Assembly: GCA_028534125.1 (NCBI GenBank)
Contig: CM052832.1
Location: 7,690,001-7,754,000 of the forward strand
DNA: 64,000 bases
Direction of reading: 5' to 3'
Source: Lama glama
Lineage: Eukaryota
The notes under the pieces are model-generated. The model did no database searches. It had not been told where the DNA came from and saw nothing but the letters and a program-made list of their open reading frames with translations. Shown here piece after piece: positions 26,051 through 39,045 of this stretch (position 1 is the stretch's first letter; each line of letters begins with the position of its first letter). The translations under genes were made by a program, and so were the position numbers.

Positions 26051-29000
26051 ATTCATGGTAAATACTATTAAATTTTTTTTTAATGTTTTGGGTCACAAAT
26101 GGTTAAGCACTTTTTTTGCTTGAATTCTTTCTTGAGGCCACGCCATTCAATAAGAAATGCAGAATTTCACTTAGAATAGTTCAAAGAATATCTCCAATGA
26201 CAACAAATCCTTTGATAAAATATACTTTGGGTAGATGCCTAATTCAGGTCTTTCTGTTCAGATTTAATCCAGAAATTGTTCTCTCCTCCAAAAGACAGAG
26301 CAGCCAACCCTGCAGCACAGCAGAGACGTACGAGGGCAGAGCCCCCCACCCCACACCTGGATCAGAGGGAGCCGGAGAGCCACAGGACTCTGTGGGCAGA
26401 GGTGGCGGCTCCAGGCTGGCCCCTAAACCCATCTGGTCCCCTCCCTCGTGAGGATGCTGGCCTTGACTTCCCCTTCTTTTGTCTACGTAAGACTAGAAAC
26501 AATGTTTCCAGTTACGGTGATGGTTAGGTAACTGCGGCAGGCAGGATGCTGGGGTCCGGAGGGCAGTCGGGGCAAACAGAACCCCTGGGTAATGCTGGCT
26601 CAGCCAGCCTCCTGGCCACCTGGTTATGTGATGAACTGCACTGGAATTCCAGGGAGACGGGACAGGAACCTGGGAGACTCCATTCAGACGTTAAAATACA
26701 CACCCACAAAACAGCCATCCCAGACCTCTAATCTTACTTTATGACCAAACTATAATTACATTACAGCAATTACTTGAATATTACATTTTTATTACTGTTA
26801 TGTCATTATGTCATTATGTCTACTAGGAAAAAAATAGGCCTACTTTAACCAATAAAATTCTTAATGACTCGTTTAAGTTCATTTAAGCTATGTGAAACCC
26901 CTGACTCAAACATTTTGGCCAAAATAATTTTTAGGGCCTGGGGGAAGAAGAGGGTTAACCTCCATCTATATGATTGCCCAAAAAGCAAGAAAAGTGTCAC
27001 CGGTTGGAGGTACTTCTAGAGATGAAAAAGTTCTAGCCGAGGCCAGTATGATGGTTACATTTAGGAGCCGTATTTACAAAGCCATCGATTCTTTATCACC
27101 TACCGATCAGTTCCAACTACTGACAGAAAGTAGGGAACACAGAAAACACGCACGTTTCCATCCTCCAAACGCAGGGAGGCCCACATCCCATCCTTTGAAG
27201 ACATCACGTAGGCCCATTTCTAGCCTTTTCCCTGGAAACCAGTGATTTATTTGGAACTCACACAGGACAGTCCTCAAATAAAGTTACTAATGTGAGGCAC
27301 TTACATGTCCCACTCATCATAGTGATACTGTACTTCACTGCCTCTTTTTAGAAAGTGCCTCGTTAGGCCTTATCTTGCTGAAAGATTCCAGGCTGTCAGA
27401 CTCAGTACATTTTCTCAGCAGGGGGATCTCTGACCTTAACCACTTCCCAGCTTAACCCACTTAACCCACTCAGTGCAGGCCCTGACAAGCATATGACGCC
27501 TCCAGTCTCTGGAATACTTCTATACTTTGAGAGCCAGAATTCAGGCCCTTCAGTTTGGGAAATTTACCATCCGAGCTGGTAAGTCAAAATATCCAAATTT
27601 AACCACTTTTGAATTAAAAAAATTTACCCCCTAAATACTCTATGCATTGAACACACACTTTCCTACAAGAAAATGAAGTGGCTGACAGGTTTTGCTTCCC
27701 CTAGGTAAATCTGGCCCAAAGTTTTATTTCTTGCTTCATTTTTCAAAAAACTCCTTTTGGCAAATATATATTGTCTGTATTACTGTGTAAAACTCAGTGC
27801 CTGATTGTAAAGTTATGTGCATCTGCTGGACATATAGACTGCTAAACATTCATGACTGCCTACCAATGTGAAAAATATTTCCAGGTCTATTTTTAAACAT
27901 TGTTTTGGCAAGGCTGCTGCTGTGGGAAAAAAAAGTCCTATAGAATCTTAATGAGAAAACTGAATGATTCTTTGAAATGTGGTTGTGATTCCCTGACTTA
28001 TTAAGTGGTGATGTCACTGGTGCTGAGAAGCAAGAAACAGTAGAATCGCTCATTTGCCAGCAGGCTCTGGAGATGCACCAGAGGGGAAATGAAACCCGTC
28101 TCCAACGCAGATCATGCCGACCTGCGCCTCCCTCTCCCCTGCCCCCACCCCCGACTCCAAGGGTCACCCGGCCCCCGGCCCAGGATGTGTCTCACACAGC
28201 CAGTTTATCACCTCGAGCTGCATCATGGTGGGTGCAATGTTTGCACTTTTTTTGTTTTTTATTTTAATAGAACTTGATCTGTCTACTGGCCTTTTTTCTG
28301 GTCATTACCCACATTTGTTTTAGAAAATAACCACCTTGTTCCAGCTGTTGGAGAGAGACGGGGTGTTCCCTCCAGCTCACCTGAGTCCCCTCTCTCACTT
28401 AATTAGCAAGAGACAAGCAGTTCAGAGAAATCTGTCAGTACAGGACAACGAGCTTCAGTCTCCTCGGGAGGGAGGCCTTTCCACCTACCCATGCACACAC
28501 ACACCCTCTCTCCAGGCCTCCTTGTCACCCAGTTTGAATCCTGCTTGTCCTGTCCTACAGGACCAGGCCCTGTTGGGACAAGGTGTCAGGCTGTTGGGTG
28601 CCAGGCAGCAGGTGGGGCTGGGTAGGGTCGTACAGACTGCCCTGCACAAAGACACTGCCCAGGGCTGGAAGGGCCACATCCAGCTTGGGCTTCACTTGCC
28701 AAGCCTCGTGTCCTGACACAGGAGCTGTGTCAGCCAGGAGTGGGGCCCACTCAGAGGGACCGTTTCTGACTCTTCTACCTAGAAGAGGTGCTTTTTTGTA
28801 ATTCTGCCCTGAGAGGACACACTTTCCTTTGTGCAGAGTCGGTGCGTTCACTCACAGGGGCCCAGAGACCAGCCCTGGGGGAGCTGGGACGTGGCATGTG
28901 GGGACAACGGGGTCCTGCAGCCTCCCATGCTGGCTGGATCAGCAGTGACTGGAAACAGTGCTGCTTCTCTGGAAAAAGTGCCGAAGTGATTTCATCCAAG

Positions 29001-30492
29001 ACATCAAGTTGGAACCTTTCAAAGTTCTAGGATCAGCCACAGTTTCAGGAGGAATCATTTTCAATCAGCCCGAAGCCCACAGAATCCGTTTTCACAGAGA
29101 GAACCATAGCCCATTCACATCAGGTGCCACTCTGGTTCTGTGTTGGGGGATATGAGCTGTGGGGGGTGGCCTGGTTGTTTTCCCTCGATTTGCCATAAAA
29201 CAGTAAGTCCGGGGCAGGAAGAGGTCTTGGGCCCTGTCAGATCCAGTCACCACTTTCCACGATGGGCCTCTCTGCCCGCAGTGGTGGTCTTCCCAGCCCC
29301 AGGAGCCCACTTCTCCCTCCACATCCATTCTTTCCCCATCCTGATGCTCTAGAGTTTTGGGGGAGAGGACTCCAATTCCTGGGACGGACCCCCTTCCTTC
29401 CACAAATCCTGGGGAAAGGTCTCATTGCTATTAATGACCCAATGATGTCTTCCATCCACACAGAGGGACGTGATGGCTCAAACCCTCCTGACTGTCCACG
29501 ATTGCCACCAACTTCCAGAGGGGACTCAGAGCCATCAACCCAGTCTTAGCCTCGTCCTTGCCCCAGTCCCTGCCTGGCAGGACGGCCATTCTCACCAGCG
29601 CTGGAGGATGCTGCATTTTATCCTCGGCTTCCTGGGGTCCTTTCCAGTCCACTGAGACGGTGCAAGGACCCATCGTGGCAACCCTCAGCCCCACACGACA
29701 CGCCCGCCTCCTACTCCTTTACCCTCCACTGAGATCCAGCTTCAGCCCAGCAGGGGAGGTCCCAGAGCCAGCCTCCAGAGCGCCACCTGTGCAGACTCCC
29801 GCTAGGCCCCACTCAGCAGTTCAGACTTGTGCACAGACACCCCAGCCCAAGCCCTGATTACCACGCTCCCTTGGACAGGGATTTGGACTAAACTTACCTT
29901 CCACGGGGACCAACCCACACTCCTGTTAGCTATGCCAACCCCAGCTCCATGTACTGGTTGATTCCTGCCTCTGCCACCTGCCCCCACAGGAATCCCAGGG
30001 GCCTCACAGCAGAAGCTTCCCTGCAAATGCCACGTGGCATTTGCATCCACTGTTGGAAGTTGCTTGTCTTTGCAAGAAGGGTGTTAGTCTGGCAGGTTAA
30101 TTTGGTAAATGTATAAATCAAGAACGGGATTTTGACTTTGAACCATTCTACCTATGCTGCTGCATGTTGGTTTAACAGATTCCACAGAAAGAATTCACTG
30201 GTTACAGTGATGTTTTCATAAACATCCAATAAACATTGGTTTTCCTTTCAGAGACTGCCTCTTGTGCACTAATACCATATTATTCTTGTATTATCACAGA
30301 CCCACCTGAGACCTGGCCAGGACACCATCTGGTGTGCCACTGCATCCTCTGCCCAAGGGTGGGGCTCAGGGAGGAGCCCCCCAGGGTGGGCCTCTAGCTG
30401 CTCCTCTCAGTTGGTGCTGCTCCCATTGCCTGAGAAATTGATCTGGGCCATGATGATTAGTTCTAATTTTGTGGCAAAATCTCTGCAAGTTC

Positions 30493-30988
30493 TGTATCAG
30501 TTAGCTATTGCCACATAACAAACACCCCAAAACTCAGTAATTTAAACCAATAAGCACTTATCGCTGTTGAGTTCAGAGGGCTTCTGCTCTCTGCTGGCCA
30601 ACTCAGCTGGCATCAGTGGGCTGGTAGACAACTCTGCTATTCTTGGCTGGACACTTGGGGGTCAGGTGGCCATGGCTGGTTTAGGATGGCCGTGGCTAAG
30701 ACACCTGGGCTCTTTTCTCTGTGGTCTCCAGCCCAAGCTTGTTCATACAGAGGCAGGAGGATTCCATGACAGAGAGGAAGCAAGCACTCAGGTCTCCGGA
30801 GCCCTACAGGAAAGGGAAAATAACCTTTCTGCCATTCTATTCGCCCAAACAAATCACAAAGCCTCCCCAGATCCAACAGGTGAGGAAATGGGCTCTACCT
30901 CTTCACCAGAAGACTTGCAAAGTGACAGTGTGAAGGATGTGGACGGGGAAAGGTAACAAAGGGTGGGTATTATATTTAATCTACCAAG
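30493..30988 (-). mobile_element. MLT1-type MaLR solo LTR
   Basis: Begins 'tgtatcagttagctattgccacataacaaacaccccaaaactcag' and ends 'tttaatctacca'. Confidence 0.85.
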
Positions 30989-33384
30989 GCTCTGTTAATA
31001 GCTTTTATTTCCTCATTTGAAATCTTAGTGACTGAATAAATAGCTTTATAATTTTAAAGCTCTTGGATTATTTTATATAATATGCCCAACCCTCGGGCTT
31101 TCTGGCTAAAGAGACTAGAGCCTCCGAGAGGGTAAACTGCTTGCCAAGAGCTAGTAAGTGGCCATGGAGGACTGGAGTCCAGGTCTTCTGATAGCAAGCT
31201 CAAAGCCATTTCTCATATTCCGCTCAGATGATTCCCCTCTGGCCTAACGGTATGCATTTAGTAGTTTCCTCCAAAGAAGCGAGCAATTTGTGGCCATGTG
31301 AAGGGAGTGGGGCTGGCGTTCATGATCCGAATGCAGCCTGACCCCATGCTCTTCGCCTGTGTATGTCTCCTCAGCACAGTATTGGAAACCCTGGAGCCAA
31401 ATGTTCCCGGCAAGACACTGCCCTCCACACACCTTCAGACACTTCATTCCAGACGAAGTGATTTCAAGACCCTCGCTCACTTTAATTCTCTTATTTCTTG
31501 TTAAGTCTGGGTTTACCAGCTAGCCCTGCCTTAGCACTTCTGTCTCTGTCCCAGTTCACACCTCAGTCTCTGGCTGCACATCCCAACCCCAGACCTGTCA
31601 CTCGAATCCTGAACACTTACTTCCACCTTCTTCCGATGTCATCCTGTGACATCTCAGGGTCTCTGGCATTTTCCCAGGACTGTAACCCTCATCCAGTGTT
31701 TATGGGATCAGCTGGTGACCTCACGCACTCCCTGACTGTGCCACTAAGCCTTTCAACACAAGCACCGGTCCCAGAGTTTCCATGAGAAACTTGACCTGGA
31801 GCCCCTGGGTCTGTAACTCTGGGGCAGCTCAGTACCTGTTAAAGTGCTGCTTCCCCTCCCCCAGCCCAGGCCCCCAGACGGGCTGTAAAAGTTTAGGGTT
31901 CTGAGGGTTGGCCAGAGGCCGCTGCACACAGGCTCCTGGACCAGAGACGGCTTTCTCCAAGCAGCCTCCCTCCTCCTCCCGGCACGTGTTTGTTCGGACG
32001 TCTCCATCTCTAAGGGCCACATGCTCACAATCAGCAGCGAAACAGCAAAGGAGGGCAGGTGTGGGGTGAAGAGGCGAAGTGCCAAGGCATCAGCCCTCGC
32101 CGGGCACATTCTTCTCCTCCCCAGCGCCGCCCGGACGCCCAGCTCCGCTCCGAAGCCCTCAAGGGGCGGCCGTGGGCAGACGGAGGCTGACTCGGTAGTG
32201 TCCACTTTGTACCTCTTTTGCCAGCAGATCCTTCAGTAGCAGGACTTGATCTTTCAGGAGTCCTTGGGGCACTGCTGTGTCTCCTGCTCTTAACAGCTAA
32301 GTGAAGCACTATCCCCTTATAAAAGGAAAAATGCAGCTTTGAGATTGCTCAAAACTGAATGATGACCCTTGGCAAGTCTGAAAAGAAGAACTCCTCACTG
32401 CCCACTCCCAGCTCCCAGATTCTCTGATCGCTCAGAAACGGTGCAGACAGGGTTGGGGGCGGGGTGTGAACTGCTTGTTTATTTGGCATTTCCTCCGGGA
32501 GTTATAAAAAAACAAACAAACAAAAACACCCACAAAAGCTTGACACAATAAATAAACCATTGACAGTAACCAAAGCCACAGCGCTCCCGGGGGCTTCTGA
32601 GCCCTCCTGTTTGTTGCTGTTCTGCCATCAGCCGAGAATGCCCACGGGTTGTGCTAACGCAGCATTAGCCCCGGTGCCAAACACCTTCTCGGGCTTTTTG
32701 CCCTCTGAATTCGGCTAATCCCCGGGTGAAACCTAATCGCAGAGCAATGTTCAAGGTTGGACAGAGGGAGGAGGAACTCAGCATTGGCTCCCACCCAGTG
32801 GAAATAACATGCCATTGGATTTGACAGGGCAGGAGTGAGGATGTTAAATACACTCTCGCCACCCTCCCTAGCAATAGCTCGCTGCTCTCCGCAGAAGCCC
32901 CAGATTTCCTCAAGTTGTTCCTTTCCGTTCTGAGGCTTCGTCACCTGAGATATGCTGTGTAAGAGGTGAACAAGCAGGGAGACCGAGGAGCAAAAATTCC
33001 AATCAGGAAAAGAATGGAAAGAGAATTAAGTCATTTATTCCCCTCTCGGGCAAAATTAAAGTAGCAGAAGTATTTATATAGAATAAATATATAATTACAC
33101 ATATAGTTAAACTCCAGCAATTTGCAGTCGTAATTCTCTTTCCCTTTCTCTCAGACCAGAGGAAAACAATTCTCCCTATTATGATTTTAAGTTATGATTT
33201 CAGAATTGGACGTTCCTGGTTCCAACCAACTCCTTAGCATCTTGGCTTCCAATGATGGTATGGAAAAGGGAATCAAAATTGGACAGAATTTTCTCCAGTG
33301 AACAGAGAGAGAGCTGTTTAAAAGTACTCAGACATTACACATAAATTTACCTAAAATATACACACACATGCAAATACGTGGATT

Positions 33385-33520
33385 TGTACCTCATTTAATC
33401 TTTACAACGACCCTCTGAGATTGATACTATTATTCTACAGATGAACATCTGGGTGCAAAGGGGTTTAAGACCACACACATTGAACCATGGGAGGAACTGG
33501 AGATTCCTCTGTGGTTCTAG
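33385..33520 (-). mobile_element. MIR SINE
   Basis: 'ctcatttaatctttacaacgaccctctgagattgatactattattctacagatgaacatctggg'. Confidence 0.75.
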
Positions 33521-33984
33521 ACAAAAAACGGGGTTCCTAGGAGTGAGGGAGGCAAAGCAAGTCTGCATCAATGCTCTTTCCACCACAAGGAATCTCTTTG
33601 AGGAGAAAGCCTTTTTCTTGTTGCAAATCCAAGACAGAAGGTTTTTGACAATGGCCTAGCATGTGGACCTGGGGCAACAAGGGGAGCCCAGCCTGCTTCG
33701 CTTCCTGCATTTGCTGGAAGGGTATTGTCAAGCTTCCTTTTCCAGGAAAGAGAATGTGGGGCCTCTCATTCTATACTCAGCGGTGGGGTCGATCCAGATC
33801 TGGCATCACTGCAAGTCCAGCATCTCATCCACCAGCCCAGCCTCACGCAAGTCTCCACTTGTTACTTAGTGTGAAGCCTCACATGAGTCCTGTTTGAGCT
33901 TTAGGCTCCCCATCTTTTAATTGGGGATAATAATGCCTACTTCTCACTGCTGGGATGATGTATTCTCATTTGTCAACAGTCACC

Positions 33985-34255
33985 ACATTGGAGGCATTTA
34001 TGTGGGTATGTTATATGCCAGGAATTATTCTGGGTCCGGGGGGGTAAGCAGTGAACAAGACAGAGGACTTCAGTAGCACGACTTGATCTTTCAGGAGTCC
34101 TTGGGGCACTGCTGTGTCTCCTGCTCTTAATAGCTAAGTGAAGCGCCCTGCTAAAGGGGGAGGGTCGCCTGCAGCTCACCTGCTAAAGGGGGAAGGTCAG
34201 TGACAACCCTAACTAACAGTGAACAAGTTCCCAATAGTAATAACTGCTATGGGGA
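33985..34255 (-). mobile_element. L2 fragment disrupted by a templated insertion
   Basis: 'ttatatgccaggaattattctggg...agcagtgaacaagacag' and downstream 'taataactgctatgggg'. Confidence 0.6.
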
Positions 34256-34374
34256 TGTATGACTGAACATATAAATGAATATGTTCATTTGAACATATTG
34301 GTTGAAAGAAATAGCCTTAATTGTATACTGTATGTTGAAACAACTACACAGAGAAAAGCATTACTTCAGGTTAT

Positions 34375-34702
34375 TTTCAAAACACAGTATTTTGATTAGA
34401 CATCCCTAAGATATATTCCCAGGACAAAAAGCACCATAAAGAAATCTTAAAGTTTATTGAGTAGCCTTATACTTTTACGTTCTCAATGGAAAATTAATGA
34501 GTTCACAATTTCATTTTCTCTTAAAAAATGATGTATTTCCTACCTCTAACCACTTGAAAGACTTATAAACCTGATGAGCCAGTAGCAATAAGCTCCTAGT
34601 TTCTTGATCTCTAAATGTGATCTCCCATATAAAGGAACCAAAGGTTCTTGGAGAAATGGTTGATTCTAGGTCTACGGCAAGAAATATATAAGATGAGCCT
34701 TG
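34375..34702 (+). mobile_element. L1MC-type fragment (host of the young L1; resumes at ~38038-38140)
   Basis: 'ttggagaaatggttgattctaggtctacggcaagaaatatataagatgagccttg' continues after the young L1 as 'gattccctgtacaagaaggtaaggaaactgtc'. Confidence 0.7.
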
Positions 34703-37700
34703 AAATAAACAATTTAATGTACTATCTAAAAGAATTTTTTAAAAAAGAGCAAACAAAACCAAAATTCAGCAGAAGGAAGGAAATAATAAAGATCAGGGAG
34801 GAAATAAATAAAATAGAGATTAAAAAAATAGAAAAAGAAATGAAACCAAGAGCTGGTTTTTGAAAGAGTGAATAAAATTGACAAACCTCTAGCCAGGTTC
34901 ACCAAGAAAAAAAGAACACAAATAAAATAAGAAAGGAAAATGGAGAAATTACAACCAATACCACAGAAATACAAAATATTGTAAGAGAATACTATGAACA
35001 ACTATATGGAAACAAGCTGGATAACCTAGACGAAATGGACAAGTTTCTAGAAACACACAGTCCACCAAGACTAAACCAAGAAGAAACTGACCACTTGAAC
35101 AGACAGATCACTAGAAATGAAATAGAATTAGCAATTAAAAAACCTCCCTGCAAACAGTCCAGGACCAGATGGCTTCACTGGGGAATTCTACCAAACATAC
35201 AAAGAACTCGTACCAGTCCTTCTCAAACTCTTTCAAAAGACTGAAAAGGAGGGAGTACTCCCAAACTCATTCTATGAAGCCACCATCACCCTGATACCAA
35301 AACCAGACAAAGACACTACCAAAAAAGAAAATTACAGGCCAATATCACTGTTGAACATAGATGCAAAAATCCTCAACAAAATATTAGCAAACAGAATCTA
35401 ACAGCAGATAAAAAGATCATACATCATAACCAAGCTGGATTCATCCCAGGAAAACAAGGATGGTTCAACACACACAAATCAATGTAATACATCACATCCA
35501 CAAAAGAAAGGACAAAAACAGTATGATCATCTCAATAGATACAGAAGAAGCATTTGATAAAATTCAACACCCATTTATGATAAAAACCCTCACCAAAGTG
35601 GGTATGGGGGAACATATATCAACATAATAAAAGCTTTTTATGACAAACCTACAGCCAGCATAGTACTCAATGGTGAAAAACTAAAAACCTTCCCACTAAA
35701 ATCTGGGACAAGACAAAATTGCCCACTCTTACCACTTTTGTTCAACATTGTCTTGAAGTTCTAGCCACAGCAATCAGGCAAGAAATAAAATGGATCCAAA
35801 TTCGAAAAAGAGGTAAAATTGTCACTATATGCAGATGACATGATACTATTCACAGAAAACCCTAAAACCTCCACACAAAAACTACTAGAGCTAATAAAAG
35901 AATTCGGCAAGGTAGCAGGATACAAGGTTAATGCACAAAAGTCAGCTGCATTTCTTTACACTAACAATGAATCAACAGGAAAAGAAAGTAAAGAAACAAT
36001 TGCTTTTAAAATTGCGCCCAAAACAATAAGATATTAGGAATAAATCCGACCAAGGAGGTGAAAGACTTATACATGGGGAACTACAAAACACTGATTAAGG
36101 AAATTAAAGAAGACTTAAAGAAATGGAAAGATATCACACGCTCTTGGACTGGGAGAATCAGTATCGTTAAAATGGCCACACTACCCAAGACAATCTACAG
36201 ATTTAATGCAATTCTTATCAAATGACCCAGGACTTTTTTTTTAAACAGAACTAGAACAAACAATCCTAAGATTTATATGGAATCACAAAAGACCCAAAAT
36301 TGCCAAAGCAATATTGAATAAAAAGAATGAAGTTGCAGGAATAACCCTCCCAGACTTCAGACAATATTACAGAGCTACAGTAACCAAAACAGCAGGATAT
36401 TGGCATAAAAAGAGACATGTGGATCAATGGAACAGAGTAGAGCCCAGAAATAAATTCACAGACCTATGGTCAACTAACCTTCAACAAAGGAGACAAGAAT
36501 ATACAATGGAGAAAAGACAGTCTCTTCAGCAAGTGGTGTTCCAAAAACTGGACAGCAGTATGTAAATCAATGAAGTTAGAACACTCCCTCACTCCATACA
36601 CAAAACTAAACTCAAAATGGCCTAAGAACTTAAGTATAGAAGACACAGTAAATCTCCTAGAAGAAAACATAGGCAAAACGTTCTCTGATATAAATCTTCA
36701 CAATGTTCTCCAAGAGCAGTCTACCCAGGCAATGGAAATAAGAGCAAAAATAAACGGGATCTAATTAGACTCATAAGCTTTTGCACAGCAAAGGAAACCA
36801 TAAGCAAAACAAAATGACAACCTACAGAATGGAAGAAAATATCTGCAAATGATGTGACTGACTGACAAAGGCTTAATCTCCAGAATATATAGAGTTCATA
36901 CAACAAGAAAAAAATCAAACAACCCAATCCAAAAATGGGCAGAAGACCTAAACAAGCATTTCTCCAGTGAAGACATACGAATGGCCAATACACATACAAA
37001 AAAAAAATGCTCAGTATCACTAATTATCAGAGAAATGCAAATCAAACTACAATGAGGTATCACCTCACACCAGTCAGAATGACCATCATTCAAATGTCCA
37101 CAAACGATACATGCTGGAGAGGGTGTGGAGAAAAGGGAGCCCTCCTGCACTGCTGGTGGGAATGTAGTTTGGTACAGCTATTACAGAAAACAGTATGGAG
37201 ATTTCTCAAAAAACTAAAAATAGACTTACCATATGATCCAGCAACCTCATTTCTGGGTATATATCCGAAAGAAACTAATGTGAAAAGATNNNNNNNNNNN
37301 NNNNNNNNNNNNNNNNNNNNNNNNNNNNNNNNNNNNNNNNNNNNNNNNNNNNNNNNNNNNNNNNNNNNNNNNNNNNNNNNNNNNNNNNNCCTCATTTCTG
37401 GGTATATATCCGAAAGAAACTAATGTGAAAAGATGCATGCACTCCAGTGTTCATAGCAGGACTATTATACAATAGCCAAAACATGGAAGCAACCTAAATG
37501 TCCATCGACAGGTGACTGGATAAAGAAATTGTGGTATATTTATACAATGGAATACTACTCTGCCATAAGAAAGAATAAAATAATGCCATTTGCAGCAACA
37601 TGGATGGACCTGAAGATTGTCATACTAAGTGAATTTAGCCAGAAAGAGAAAAAAAGATACCATATAATCACTCATATGTAGAATCTGGAAAAAAAAAAAA

Positions 37701-38024
37701 GACACTAATGAGCTCATCTTCAAAACAAACAGACTCACAAAGTAAACAATCTTATGGTTACTAGGGAAAAGGGGTGGGAGGGGATAAATTTGAGAGTTTG
37801 AGATTTACAAATATTAGCCACTATATACAAAAATAGATTTTTTACAAGTTTCTTTTGTATAGCACAGGGAACTATGCTTAATATCTTGTAATAACCTTTG
37901 ATGTAAAAAAATATGAAAACAAATATATGTATGGGACATATACATATACAAATGACTGGGACATTGTGCTGTACACCAGAAATTGACACATTGTAAGTGA
38001 CTATACTTCAATTTAAAAAAAAAA
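34703..38024 (+). mobile_element. 5'-truncated camelid LINE-1, 3.3 kb, with disrupted ORF2 (RT region), poly-A and 13-bp TSD
   Basis: ORF2 motifs in broken frames: [32 protein letters not shown] (RT YADD), [21 protein letters not shown]; perfect TSD AAGATGAGCCTTG at 34690-34702 and 38025-38037. Confidence 0.97.
37290..37389. other. Assembly gap (100 N) with duplicated flanks
   Basis: 37245-37289 is identical to 37390-37434. Confidence 0.97.
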
Positions 38025-38204
38025 AAGATGAGCCTTGGATTCCCTGTACAAGAAGGTAAGGAAACTGTCAAGACATCTACTACACGTATACAGGAAACCC
38101 AGGAGACAGAGCAAGACATCTAGAAGGGCAATCGAAAACATGGTACCTCCTCTACTCAAATAACCTGCTTTCTCCACCAAATCAATGGCATTAAAAAGGT
38201 AGGG

Positions 38205-38425
38205 AGGGAAACAACTTAAGTGTCCATCGATGGATGAATGATGAACAGATGAAGAAACTGTGGAATACATATTTGGAATGGAATATTACTTAGCAATAAG
38301 AAAATGAAATTTTGCCATTTGCAACACATGGATGGACCTCAAGGGCATTATGCTAAATGAAATACACGTAATAAGTCAGACAGAGGAAGACAAATAAGAA
38401 AAATACTCTATGTTACACTTCAAAA
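38205..38425 (+). mobile_element. L1MA/MB 3' UTR fragment
   Basis: 'aacaacttaagtgtccatcgatggatgaatg...gccatttgcaacacatggatggacctcaagggcattatgctaaatgaaat'. Confidence 0.8.
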
Positions 38426-39045
38426 GGTATAACATATGCATATAACATATGTAACACATGGGTGAGAGGAGAGGGTTTGAAGGACAGGATGGTTTCGTGG
38501 TACAGCATGCGACTGGAGAGACCACCAGGAGTGACACATTATGTGGATTAGCGAAGTGGCTCCCAGTCATCAGTGTGATGCTGAATGCTCTCTGTGTGGA
38601 CAGAAATTTTTAGTTTTCTTTCCTTCCTTCCCTCCCACTTACCAGAAGTAAAAGAATCTGTCTAGGAAAAAAAATAATAAATCACTCACTTACTGAACAT
38701 TCCTTGAGCATCCACTGTGGCGCTGATCACTAGACATAGCCCTTGTGCTCTGAGAGCTTGACCTCACAAAAGAAACAGACACCAGAAAGATGGCAGAACT
38801 CAAGGCCTATTGATTGAAATCACATACTCCTTCGGCGGTGGAAGTAACCATAAGGTTTGATTTGTCTCAGAATAATTTGTGTCCGTCCAGCACTGGCCAT
38901 CCTCACCTGGCTTTCCCCCGACCTCAGGTGCTATTCCTCTGTCTCCTCAGCTGGCTTCTCCTCTGATCACACATTTCCTGTTGAGGAGCCCAAAGCCTGG
39001 TCCTAGGTCTTTTCTACCCAGTCTCTCCCTAGAGGATCACATCTA

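Noticed and set aside
35035..37423. Reverse transcriptase ORFs as a functional CDS or novel RT system
   Set aside because: Ordinary L1 ORF2, 5'-truncated and split by many frameshifts and stops.
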